The notes under the pieces: generated by a model
What the model saw: only the letters and a program-made list of their open reading frames with translations
What the model was told of the DNA's origin: nothing
Databases searched by the model: none
In this document: one piece after another, positions 1 through 18,656 of the stretch
How the letters are laid out: every line of letters begins with the position of its first letter
Position numbering within the stretch: the first letter of the stretch is position 1
Position numbers and translations under genes: made by a program
Source: Antedon mediterranea
Lineage: Eukaryota; Animalia; Echinodermata
Assembly: GCF_964355755.1 (NCBI RefSeq)
Contig: NC_092670.1
Span: 39,916,388-39,980,387 of the forward strand
DNA: 64,000 nucleotides
Direction of reading: 5' to 3'

Positions 1-222
1 TACAATGCATGCTATTTTAAATTGAAATCTCTTATTCTATTTAGAAGCAAACTTCATAGTTGAAGGCTACTGTTCCACTGGCTATAGCTATTGCAATTCC
101 ACTTTTTTTTTTGCATACAGTGTGTGGTGCATATAAACAAATGAGGCATTGTGAGCCAATGCAAAGATAGGTGATTTGAATTGTTTAGCCAATACATATA
201 GCATTCATGTAGATTACAGTAC

Positions 223-3200
223 CATGACAGAAATATAGGCATTGTCCTTGGTCGCAATGTTCCATCTTTTTTCATCTCATCAACAATTTTGGCTGCTAGT
301 TGTTGAGGCATTCCACCCAATGAGGAAGGTGATTGGTTGGGATCTCCAAGTTTCTTAGCAACAGCTTTCGTTGTCATGGTAACCAGAGATGGTATGATCG
401 TTGACCTTGACGATGTCGTTGGGACGTCGGGTGCTTGTTGGTGAGCTAACGCGATTCGTTTGAGGGCAGCATCAGCTGAAATGCAATCAAAGAATGGTTC
501 TATTACATAAAATGGCTTTGGTCATGGTAGATAGACAGTGTATTTTTAAATGCATAAACCAAATTTTAATTATTATATTTGAATATATGACTACCTGCTT
601 TTTGTTTTGAGACTTCTTCAGCTCCTTCTTCACTGGCTCCATCTTGGAAGCCATATACAAAGTTGACAGGCTGAGCATCCAGTCGGTTCCCTCCTCCCCA
701 TGGGTGCTGTTGTGGACCCTGGGCTTCACCCCAACCAGCAATTAATTCTTTCACAAAAATAAAAAGTGTATTTAACACATTTAACAACGATATGGCCATG
801 GTGACTTGCTTATTAGATCATAATGTTATTATAATTAATATAATTACCATCCATATCATTATTCTCATCATTTGCATCTGGTTCTTCAACCACATCACCA
901 GCTATATCCTCTGAAGGTTCTTCTTCCCCTTCTTGCTCTACCTGCTGCAAACTATGACCTGCCCCCCAGTTATGAGCTGCAAAGTGAGGGCGCTGGCTAT
1001 TGATCAACTGCATCTGTCGGTTCAATCGTCCTGCCACATCCATTCCAGTACCACTTTGGCTGGGAAGCGCTGTTGATGTGGTCGATACCGACAGTGTTGG
1101 TGGCTCACTATTAGTCTCAGCCTTATGAACTAAATTACAAGTATGAGATTTTATTACAGTCAACTGTCTGATTACAGACATCTTTGGCCAGCCCAACGGT
1201 GTCCGGTTTTCCAGAAATTCCGGTATTTATTTCTGTTTTACAAGGGTGGTCCATCCAGCCAAAGCCGATCATTAGGGTTCCTATGATATTATTATTTATG
1301 TAGAATTTTAGAAAAGTGCTAGGTGGTCAAAATACCTATAATACAAGAAAAGCCTAAATTTTGATGGAAAGATAAAAATTGCCTAATGATACACTGAAAG
1401 AAGTGTGTGAAAATGATAAGAATGAGAGAAGAAAATTCTAGAAAAGTTTTGATAAATTTAGGAAAAAAAACACATACGTTTACTTGGTGGTCCTTCTGAC
1501 TTCCTGGCAACAAGCACACCCCTAGGTGTGAGTTTTAATTCAGACAGTGACAGGATCATGTCTTCACATGTATACACATGTCTGGGAAATGTCTACAAAA
1601 ATAATAACTCTTTAAATTCAGGATGTTGGCTTTACTATTAACTAATACAATCAAACAAATGTCTTTAACCTAGTTACAACTAAATTATTTAACCGTCATA
1701 CAAGTTATTTTAACCAATTTAATAAAAATATGTACTATTTCAAATGTACGAATTCAACTATGTTAGTATTTTCAATTTGTTGGTGAACAGAGAACCTATA
1801 CCGTTCTCTCCATGAAGTAGGTGGTCTAAAGCTCTGTTGTCTATCAAACTTTACGTGACAAAAAAAAAAGGTGATGTGCCCATATATGGACATGGTGATG
1901 TCATATCACTACCAAATTTGAGCACCTGTTCACACCTGTTTGATAGTGTGAACAGAGCTTAACTAACATTTTTTACATTCTTTCTATGTTACCTGTAGTA
2001 ATTCTATTTCTTGCAGAGTTGGTTCTTGCTCCTTAACAAAATCTACAACCGTCTTAAGACTACATGATGCTTCAAATTCGTGTCTAAGTGCTTGACCTGA
2101 CGGCAAACGAATCTAAATAACAAGGACAATTAGGGTAAACTAATTTGAATAAAAATGGTCATGGTAAACATTTGAAATAAACTTGTTTTTGGTTAATTGA
2201 TATAACTACAATTACCTGAAGTGTGCATTTTAGGTCTTTCTTTTCTATAGTTTTTTCCTTTTCTTCCTTTTTACTTCTTTCATCTATTTTGCTTTCACAT
2301 TCTTTTAATTCTTGTTTTGTACTACAAGATGTTGTTGTTGTCTTCTGAACCCTTGCCTTCTTATCTGCTTCAATTTCTAGTAAAACCTGTTGCCTTTCCT
2401 ACAACAAATAAAAGCTATTAATACAACAAACAAGAAAGTCACAAATGTATTCTTTAAAATGCATTTAAAAAAACAAACTGATGGTTTCTGGTTGACCTTA
2501 TATAGTTTCCCTTCTAAAGCTCTGTCTACACTATCAAACGAGTTTGACAAAACATGTGTGATGTGTCCAAATATGGTAGTGATATGACATCATCATCCAT
2601 ATATGGGCAAATCACATTTTCTTGTCACATAAAGATTGATAGTGTAGACAGAGTTAATATTACAATAGTACCACAAAATATAATAATACACTATTTTATA
2701 TTTTGGAGGCAATTTATCCTATTGTATTCTGTACATTTTGATGACTTGTACAGTACCTCATCCACTCATAAAATCTGTATAGTTTAATATCTCTTTTTAT
2801 TAATTTTTTAAACATTCATTTGAAGAGTGGAAAATAAACGAAACGAAACCTTTTTCTTCAACAAGCGTTTTTCTTTAGCCTCCTTTGCAGCTTGATGGCG
2901 TTGCTCTTGCTCCCATCTGTCCTTCTCTGCCAGTTGTTCCTCATTCAAGGCATATCTACTGGCTAACTTTGGTGTCGACTCTGTGTTTGTTTGTTCCGTG
3001 TTTGAAGTATCGTATTGTCCTAATTGTGGTTGTACAGTCTGTAATAATAAAAGTAATTTCACAACATAGCAATTTGCAGCACCCACACTCCCCCCCCCCC
3101 CCTCCACAAATTAAACACTGCTCTTCTGTTGCCTTATTTAAAAAATTGCTCAAAACTCATTTTTTCGACCCCTAACATACACAGCGCCTTTGACTTTGTA

Positions 3201-4139
3201 CCTCGGTCTTTGAATTGACGCTTTATAAATATTGATATAATAATAATAATAATTTAAAACAAACAAAATTATTAATTAAACATATTAGGTTAAGCAGTAC
3301 AAGTAAAGTACATTTATTCACATCATTCATGAATGTGTGTGATTTTTTGTTGAAATTTTTAAAGAATTATGGGTATTTTTTGAAAATTGTTTTTTACCTG
3401 CTGTGTATTTGTTCGAAGGTTCAAACTTGGAGTTGAGACTGTAGGGATCACCGTAGGGTCATTTACCTGTAAAAGCCTTGAAACAAATAAATTGCAATAA
3501 TTATTTTTTCTTGTTCCTTGATATTTCACCTACACATTTAAAAGACATACAAGTTTGAAAAAAATGATACATATCAAAAAAGTTTGAATTGGAAAAAATT
3601 ATTCATTCAAACATTAGTATTATTTGATATAACAATGTGAGATATAACATTGATTGATTGACGTTTTTCTAAAATAACATATTGCATTGTTTATAAGGTT
3701 CACTATACTAACCATTCTACAGCTTCCTGTAGGTTGTACTTTCCTGCTTGCACAGCAGCTTGGCTTCTATCTAGGTCGAATCCCATCCCCACTAACGTCA
3801 TCAAAAGACCATCGATTGTCTAAAGTAAATCAAATAATATTTATCCTTTTTAGGCCTGCTACTAGGCCTAGCCTAGGCCTTATTGGTACTGGTTGATTTT
3901 GGTACGAGATGACCAGTACCTTTCCAGAGAGGGCTTAGCAAGGCCCGGGTCTCTGGCTGCCTGGCCGAATACCCGCCAATAGCAAGGCCTAGCTTAGCTA
4001 GGCCTAGCTATTCTATACCAGGCTAAGTTAGCCGCTAACTTAGGCCAGGTAATAATCAGCATGACCAACGCATGCATTGGTTTAAATCTTCATTTTAATA
4101 TGATGCCATTATAAATTTACTTACGTTTTCTGAACTCAT
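223..4139 (-). CDS. UBA + coiled-coil + UBX domain protein (p97/VCP cofactor-like), 3'-incomplete, continues past the left edge
   Basis: Spliced GT-AG exons approx 4125-4139 (MSSEN), 3713-3819 (TIDGLLMTLVGMGFDLDRSQAAVQAGKYNLQEAVEW, UBA MGF motif), 3398-3476, 2850-3038, 2216-2398, 1993-2112 (IRLPSGQALRHEFEASCSLKTVVDFV), 1483-1591 (TFPRHVY..LSELKLTPRGVL, UBX FPR loop), 849-1121, 595-737, 223-475. Confidence 0.8.
1830..1959. mobile_element. PIF/Harbinger-like MITE, family A
   Basis: TIR consensus AGCTCTGTCTACACTATCAAAC, TAA TSD. Other partial copies near 8049, 9245, 11725, 12159, 31606, 32200, 35169, 43540, 53489 and 58305. Confidence 0.8.
2518..2654. mobile_element. PIF/Harbinger-like MITE, family A
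   Basis: Both TIRs present, TAA flanks. Confidence 0.8.
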
Positions 4140-4643
4140 TTTTGTCCATAAAAAGAGCAAAACGACGACGTATATATTATTACACGACGAACGCAAGAAC
4201 ATGAATCGCGCAGCTAGCCACACCATACACGCCATCAAAAAAACCAAAACATTAGATTCTCATATGAAACGCCAAACCTGCCTACTATTTGTATAGTTAG
4301 TATACGCCTAGTACTGTACTACTGCAGAACCAGGGAAACTCTTCCTGTGTACAAACATACATAATACAAAAAAACAGTTTTGGTTTTATTCTATTTTAAA
4401 GAACTTTATTTTTAATGATTTACACATTTGTTTAATATTTACAAAGATGATTGTTATTTCAGTGTTGCATTAGTCATATTTCAAAAACACATAAATAATA
4501 TTAATAGTAGTTCAAGTTCAACGTAGTAATACGGTAGTTCTTCAGAATATTATAAACACATTTTCCAAATACGATTTTCGTGCTACGGTAGCCATCTTGC
4601 AGAGATGACAAACAGCTGTATTAAACAGAATATGATATAGTTT

Positions 4644-7600
4644 TCAGTAGTGTATTGAATATCCACATTGTACATTGGCTAAACCAGAGACATACATAAT
4701 GCAGTCACGGGTTGTCGAATCAAAGACAAATCGATTACATAGTGAACAACTAACGCAGCGCTGAGCACACTTGATATGACTGGTGGCGCCAAAGACTCCG
4801 ACTATCAGACGGGAGAAGTCTTCGCTACAATCCCTTGATGACGGCTGGTGAAATAAATAGGTATCTGGATGGATAGAAAGAAATCAAAGAGTTGATAAAC
4901 TTGTTGTACGTTCTACAATTATTTGAGGAACTATACCCGGTTAACAATTAACGTTTCGGTAACGTTATATTTACGTATTTGTTTGGTCATGAAAACGTTG
5001 TGCAATGACGTTGCAGAAACACAAAAATGTTGACCCTTTTATACGACTTTTTAACGTCCACAATAACGTTCAAAATAACGTTTTAGAAACATTTTTTTAA
5101 CGTCTACAATAACGTTGATATATAACGTTTTTAGACGTATTTAAAACGCCAGATATAACGTTTATATATAGCGTGCTCACAATTGTTCTGAACAAAACGT
5201 TGTACGAATATAAAAATGTCGACCCTTTTTTACGTATATTTAACGTCTACAATAACGTTCCTAAATAATGTATTAGGCCGACTACCAATCTGTATCAACG
5301 TATGTTCGACGCATACGAACAATCGTTTATAATCAATACAAGAATAATATGAGAACTTTGAGAACTTACGTTTGTTAAGTAAAGTCTGATTTATCTTTGC
5401 CGCTTTCATCTCTCTTTCACTTAAGGCACGATCATAGAGTTGCACATAGGAAACCTTTGCATTTATGCCAGGTTCCTCATTCTCTCCTATAACCAACTTC
5501 TCTAACCCGCTCTCTATACTCGTATTCAAATGTCCTATGCTAGCAATTTCACCGTTCCGCCAGAGTTTTACCAAACGTCGATTTTGCTCATACGTAAAAG
5601 CTAAAAACGTCCAAGTGTTGGGTACGATTACGTTCGCACTTGTAACTAATTGGCTAAGATGGTATACCTCGATCGTAGAGTTACCCAGCTTATTACCGAC
5701 AGGTTGACGCAATGAAAACACTTCAATCGTATTGAGATATCCTGATACAATATGTCCGTTTGAGTCTGGTTTGGGGTAGAAATACAGAGCTACAGTCAAA
5801 CCAGAAATATTAGCGGTATCTTCTTTGACAGGAAGAACAATAGGACCTCTTCCATTCTTTATATTTACATCGAGCTCATCTTTAGATGATCTTCGAGATT
5901 GATCGATATTGTGCAGCAAGTGAACATCTCTGTATGTGCTACATACGGGGTCTAGCGGCCAGAGTCCTATCGGTGACAACTCTCCAGTAAATGTAACTAC
6001 AAAGATACAAAATAAATATACTGAATAAAATGCTGTACTATTAAATCATCACAAAGAAGAAATCATTGCAGATGTTCTGTGATGTGGCAGCCAAAACATA
6101 GGCTTGCAAAACAAGGAAGACGTACAGAACACATACATTGATGTACTAGAGACGGTTACTGTGGTATACAGAGAAATAAACTGGCTCTGTCACAATGGCA
6201 GATAGGAAGTTATGGAGGAAACATAGTCATATTTAATTTAATTGAATGTATTTATTTCGTCAAGACAGAATAATAACAAAAACCCGTGCCGGTGACGGAA
6301 TTATATAAACAGAAGTGACAGACGGGTGACAAAAAAGTTCGGGTTTGTCCCGGACTAACTAAGTAAGTATGTAAGTAAGTCATTACAACTTATGTAACAG
6401 TGTAAATAATGATAGTAGGAGGAGTAACTGACCTACTGCACACGCCTCTCCTGGGCCAGCCACTCCACAGTAACTTCTTGATGCCCCGTCTTGATACCAA
6501 CACCAAGCCGTCTCACCTCCGTCAGGATTTCTACAAAAGTTATGATCTCCCAGTCCTAGTGATGGTTCTTGTTCACTAATGTCGTTAGAACTCTCGCCAA
6601 AATAAATCGGCTCATCAATGTAGTAATAGTCGCTTGGTGGTGGACCATATACGGGAGCATAGACAGGAGAGTAGACGGGAGCCCCTAAATAAATGTATTC
6701 AGGGGGTTCAATACTCGGGTTGATAGTACTCGGTTGTTCGACGTCACTAAAGCTCGGACCATTCGTGCTTACGTCATCCTCCAATATATAATCACTTGAG
6801 TCTGCTTTAGGTCTCGGGTTTTCGTACGCACTCGGGTTGTCCGTGCTCAGTTCACCATTGTCGGAAACGCTCGGGTAGGTGTCGCTTGGTTCCGTATTGG
6901 TAACATATTCTACGTAATCGCTAGTATTGGTCACACTACTTGGACTATTCAAGTTGGTGTTGTTGGAGGAGTCGGTACTGTTGGAGTCGGTACTGGTTGA
7001 GTTCGTGCTGTTTGAGTTGTTATAATTTGATTCCGTAAAATTGTTGTTGGTTTCGTCGTTTAAATCCCAATAATCACATAACTGTCCATCAATGGTTGTT
7101 GTCTGCGTACCACGATAATCAGCCCCATCTGCTTCATAGTAACATTCGGCTGGTAAAATAAATAAATTAATGATAATATCAATGAAAAATTAATAGATTA
7201 ATGGTGCAGTAACCGCTGGTTATTTTTGCTCGAATCTAACCCCTAGCCATCAACGCTAGCTTGGTTGTTGTCTAAAGATATGAACGCCAGGCTAGTGATC
7301 TGGAGGTCGTGGGTTCGAATCCCACCCGAGAATTACCTGCGAATATTTACGTTTTCTCAATGTACTTAGTATAAGTCACAAATTATGTTAGAGTAGGATT
7401 AATTGTAATTTATGAGATTGTTTTTTTATAGACATATTATCAAAAGCCCCTTATTTGGCTTACTCTTTTCAATATCTGATTCACTGTAGACACGAACTTC
7501 ACAAATACTTAAATATTCTCGTTTTCCTTTCAGTTGCAAACTAACATATTGTCCCATGATTGGTGGATTGCAATAGATGTCAATAATTGCACTGATGCCT

Positions 7601-9792
7601 GCATCACTGGTTGTAACAGAGCCTCCGCACTTTTGGTTCAACGTGAAATCATCGAAGTTATTTCCAACTCGTACCTCAGCGTCGACCAATATGAGATGAG
7701 CGTCAGAATCTGGTGTATTAAAAAAAGTAGAATAGTGTAGCGTGTTTCACACTACGACGCAACGAAGGACGTTAGCGTAACGTAAGTGATTGACCAATCA
7801 CAAGCGCTGTGTTTAATCGAACTTCTTCTTGTCATTGGTCAACTCGCTTGCGTTGCGCTAATGGGTTTTCCACTAGGCGAATTTATTCGCGTGAATCGAA
7901 AGTGTTCACTAATGCGCATGTGTTGGCCTAACTAGTAATATTTTCATCTACTTTTTGTGACGTAGAAAATACGCAACCAATCATAACTCATCATATAAGG
8001 AGTGTTCGATTTTGGCAAATATATTCGCTAATGGCAAAACAGACATTAAGCTCTGTCTACACTATCAAACTTTATGTGACAACAAATTGATATGCCCATA
8101 TATGGACATGATGATGTCATATTACTACCCGATCTGGGCATATCACCCCCATATTTGGGCATATCACCACCACACTTTCTTTGCCAAACTAGTTTGCTTA
8201 AGACAACGTCGATCGTGATGTCGGATGATGGTTAGCAAAATCAAACACAGATTCAACAATGAATTAAACCTTGATAGCAAAGTAATAGGGCATATGGAGT
8301 ATTATAACATTTACATTATCTAGTAATATAAAAAGTGCTACTGACCGTGTTCTACTTTATTGATAAAAGTAACAAGAGAAACTCTGAATTCATGATCGAG
8401 ATCGATCATAAGCCACTCCTCGAATCCATTGCCTTACAAACACAATCCATATTAAAATATTTAAACGCAAATAAGATAGTTCAACAAGAAAATTTTAATC
8501 ATGTATTTTACCGCCATTTTTCATTTTTACATTTTAATTAACATCGTATCTAAAATTTTAAATGAAAATAAATATATAGTTAATAATATATATAATTCAA
8601 GAATCTTATTATGTAAATATACCTGTATTTTAACTACTTTAAACACTTACTTTAATTGTCACAAATTGTATATAATATATTCATCACTAAGAATTTAAAT
8701 AAATGCGAGATGAACTCACACAAGACAGAAAACAAGAGAATAATACATGTTATGACTGTATAAGTAAAGCGTGTGTATCAAATCGATACACCTAATAAAA
8801 TAAGACGTTATAGATTTTTTTGGTATTATAAAATGAATATGTTAAAAAATATATAAATGTACACATTTATAACAGAGTATTATAATAAAAATGGGACTAA
8901 CCCACACAAAACAAAAACAAATAAAATGATTATGCAAATTGGCAGTCAGAGCTGAAATTATAGGCATTTGCTACTAGATAATAGTGTCTTACTTGTGGAC
9001 GTGTAGCACGCATCGTTGTCGTCACCATCTACCGAGTTTCTAAGTGTTTCTGATGTAGAATCAGTAAATATTGACCTCCTTAGTGACAGATACGCTAAAA
9101 AGGAAATAGATTAAAACACAGAATTTTTGTGCCGAGAAAATACTTCTCACGTTCCTTCAACTAAAAATTTCCCCCTCCTCTACTCCAGACCTCTTTGTCT
9201 GTGGTCACAGTTCCACGCGTCACCCCTATCGCGCCTGGGACAACACAATGTGATGTGCTCATATGAACATGTCATATTACTACCATATTTGTGCATATCA
9301 CTACCATATTTGGGTATATTACACTTTTTAAAACTAGTTTGATAGTGTAGACAGAGCTTTACAAGGGAACTATATAAGGTCAACAAGAAAGAAACCATCA
9401 GTTAATTGTTTTAATGCATTTTGAAGAATACATTTGTGACTTTCTTGTTTGTTGTATTAATAGCTTTTATTTGTTGTAGGAAAGGCAACAGGTTTTACTA
9501 GAAATTGAAGCAGATAAGAAGGCAAGGGTTCAGAAGACAACAACAACATCTTGTAGTACAAAACAAGAATCAAAAGAATGTGAAAGCAAAATAGATGAAA
9601 GAAGTAAAAACAAAGAAAAGGAAAAAATATAGATAAGAAAGACCTAAAATGCACACTTCAGGTAATTGTAGTCACAAAACATGAATATTCATAATGTTAC
9701 GTATACGTAACATTAGATAAAGTTAATTTACACTTACATGATGATGCTGTACCGATAAAGAGAATAAGCGATGTGAATGAAGTCCAGTCCAT
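4644..9792 (-). CDS. Secreted mosaic protein: signal peptide, F-type lectin (FTP), split kringle, LamG/ConA-like, PAN/apple-like
   Basis: Exons approx 9738-9792 (MDWTSFTSLILFIGTASS), 8992-9094 (NSVDGDDNDACYTST), 8346-8432 (WLMIDLDHEFRVSLVTFIN), 7464-7710 (AEVRVGN..CG..GQYVSLQL..LSICEVRVY), 6433-7149 (CY..DGADYRG..C..W / NFCRNPDG..WC), 5370-5996 (WTFLAFTY..LWRNG..VQLYDRALS), 4644-4864 (CAQRC..C..FVFD..C, TGA). Confidence 0.75.
7255..7335 (+). mobile_element. tRNA-derived SINE head or pseudo-tRNA
   Basis: GGTCGTGGGTTCGAATCCCACC T-arm/B-box with a degenerate 5' half. Confidence 0.5.
9245..9672 (+). pseudogene. Inverted duplicate of a UBA-UBX gene exon (2216-2398) with flanking intron and adjacent MITE end
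   Basis: 9360-9672 is a near-identical reverse complement of ~2205-2517, including both splice sites. The copy has a 1-nt deletion (GAAAAAATATAG vs GAAAAAACTATAG). Confidence 0.9.
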
Positions 9793-10262
9793 CTTGAATC
9801 AAACGTCTTACCATGGAGCTATACAATGGGTCTTACAACGTAGTCTTTACCACGCTTCCATGGTGGTAACGAACTACGGTAGAATAATATTGCGTATCGG
9901 TGGTCACGTGTATATAAATTGTCCAATCAGATCAACATTCTCATTCGCGCTTTAGGCTGTATACAGTGCAGACGTCACCCGGTTCAAATTGTATCTCTTG
10001 GTATTTTAAAATATCTGTCTTTATGAAGTCATGTAAATACCTTTTATTGATCACTATGAATAATAAATAGGCGATTTTTTAGTTAAGTGTGAGATGTTTG
10101 TCATGTATTGATATGTTGTGCTTTTGTAACCTACATAAATGGGAAGTAATACCATCTGTTCTTGACTTAAATAAAGTTCAATTATCACGAATGTGTTTAA
10201 TGTCCTTTCTGGAATACAACTCTGTAGGGGCAGGCTCTCGTGAAACAAGCTTTTGCTTCTAA

Positions 10263-10388
10263 GGCTCTGTCTACACTATAAAACATGTGACAAAAAATGT
10301 GATGTGCTCATATATGGACATGATGATGTCATATCACTACCATATTTGGGCAAATCACTTGGGTGCATCACACTTTTTTGACAGAGCT
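10263..10388. mobile_element. PIF/Harbinger-like MITE, family A
   Basis: GGCTCTGTCTACACTAT...ACAGAGCT with TAA on both sides. Confidence 0.75.
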
Positions 10389-10936
10389 TAATGAGGTTCC
10401 TAGTTATTTTTAACAGAGTTAATTTGAAAATGCAAGTTAATACACTATATGTAAATATAGCCTTGCTTTATTGACAAATATTTCCTATTCTATTAGTAGA
10501 CTTGCAGAGACTTCTTGCAGCTGTTTTGTCAATATGACTAGAGTTACTTCAAACTTTCCAACAAAATAAACAACACAAACAGCGTTTTTCCCGGACAACA
10601 ATTTTAATTCTAGTCCTGTTAAAGGAATTCTTTCAATTAATTATTAATTGTTATATTTATTTTTAATTTTTATAATATTATTGATTTCATTTTTAAACAT
10701 TGAAATGTTGCATTATTGCAATGATGCACTGGTTCTCCTGTTGTGATTTTAACTACCTTACATTATATAAATCTTTGAAATCTACAATAACACATTTTAA
10801 GGCGATCACAGCAACAAAAGGTGTAATAAAAACACTTAAGAAAGGAGGCTGCAGTCAAAACCTATTTGTGAATAGCCACATGTTGAGTTGTGTGTATTTT
10901 GATAACACTGGATCGTTGGCAGAACTAAGTAGGTAC

Positions 10937-16455
<5,519 letters not shown>

Positions 16456-18656
16456 GGCGGATACCGGTGAAATAATCTGACGTCACTTTACAGACCCGTA
16501 TGTATATTTATCAAAGATTGTATAGCGGGCGCTATACAATCTTTGCTTTTTTTATGTAAACTATTTGATAAAAAGGGCTTTCAGAACAAAGTCAAGTTTC
16601 TTACTGTCATGTTATTAATAATAACACTTATTTGTGTGCCAATGAGAAGCCGTATTTTCCGCCACTGAATTATGGTATGGAGAAGACTAAAAACGTGGGA
16701 GGTCGGTCGAGTACGCTGATTTATTACGTATCTGCGCGCGCAGCCGGCACCATTATAAAAAACCAGCAGCAGCAATACATTACTTAATTAAACTGTTTCA
16801 CATTAAACTTAATTTTTCTATCTTTCTTATGAACGTTTTCTAGGACATTTATACATAGACCATTGGCCCGAATACAACAATAAATAATTTACAATAATAA
16901 ACGTTAATTATGTGTGTTTTTAATAATTTATTTTAAATTCTTTAATATGAATGTTTTTTTTCTAGAGCAATCTTGTTTAACGTAATTTAAACTTATTATA
17001 AAGCTATATTTATCGTAAACGTTTTGTGAAACAAAAAATTAACCATAACCCATTGAAAAAAAGCAGCTTTATTTAATTGCATTATAAGCCCGCCAGTTTT
17101 CATTTCTCCTTATACATTTGTAAATCATAACACTTGACAGAAATCTACTTTTGTCGGTTTGAATGATATTTAATAATTAATATAACCAATATCTAATAAG
17201 TAATAATCATTTCAGTAATGAAAATTAATTTTCCCTATTTATATCCAATTCCATTGTTCAAAATCTCGTATTTTAATTACCACTTTTTAAAATACTATTT
17301 ATAAGTTCTCATCATAATAATTAGAAAATAATTAATAATAATCTCTCTGTAAACCTTTTACAGTATCTGAAAACAAAACTGACCAAGTTTCCACCATCAA
17401 CAGTCAAGGTTAGTCGATTGTTTTATAATTTTTCCAAGAAGTTTTTGATTGAGAGTCACTTAATTATCTTATGCGGCACTGGATAAGAGAGTTTGATATT
17501 TTGTTGTTGTCGACTCATGTTGAGGTAACTTTAATTAATTGTCTGAAAAATCATTAGAACTTTAGGAGAACCTTCTCGTACTTATATAAAAATTTAGTGT
17601 GGTGCGGATTGTGCAATCAAGTCAAAATATGGATTAATATACCTATTTAACTGTTGATTCGTCTATTTGTTTTTTAAATATTTTTATATAGTTTATTTTA
17701 TATCATTTTTTGTTACTTTGGGAGTACGGAACCTGAACTCTTGTTATAGTGATTAGGTTCACTTTTAGGTTCCTGCCTACTCCCTTAGTTTCTGTGTTTT
17801 GTTTGTTTGTAACTGGTTTTTGGCAATAAATAATAATAATAATAATAATTTGATTATGCTATTTTTCTCCCACTCGTAGCTGTATACAAAATAATAGACA
17901 AAATAATAATAATGCGATTCCATTGCGATTACGTCATCGACTTACCAATTGTTAAAAAATAGGAGGAGTTCATCAACACGTGACACAGAGAAGCCTTCTC
18001 ATTGGATACAGTTTAGCTCCAGTTTAGTCAACTCTACTACCGGATGTATACCGTATTGATGATGGGTACGTATGGGTACAGACAGACGTAGGGGCCTACT
18101 GAAAATCTTATCATGTTTTTTATGTTTACAAGTTCTTTACAGCACTTAATGAGTTAAATATTATGATTGAAAATGTAAATGGTTAAGTGTGGTGTTCTTT
18201 CAAATCGATAGAAGGTGAGAGAGTATATATGCCTAGAGGAAACGTGCTTATTATTATTAGTAATTTAAAGTAAAAACGTTTTCTGTTTTAGGTTATGTAA
18301 GCTAGGCTAAGTATGTACAGTATGGTGGTGGTATCCTGGAGGTTGTGAGCCTAGAGGCTAAAGGCCCTTCCTATGTGCCAATCCCCATACCACTGAGTGA
18401 TGCCATACTCCATGGTGATACCACCAGTGACCTAGTTAAATCGGCCTCTTTTGTTTGGTTCTGCATAATAATGTTCTGAAAATAAGACATACCAGAAAAC
18501 ACAAATATTTCTTTTCACAACTAAACAACATGGTCATTAAATTAATTTATTTTGTATATTTTTTTTTCAGATTCGATAGAATCGATAAAGAATATTAAAA
18601 TACTGTACAATATAAGTACAGGCCTCGCGTAGTAAATCCCCTTTGAATGCGTGATC

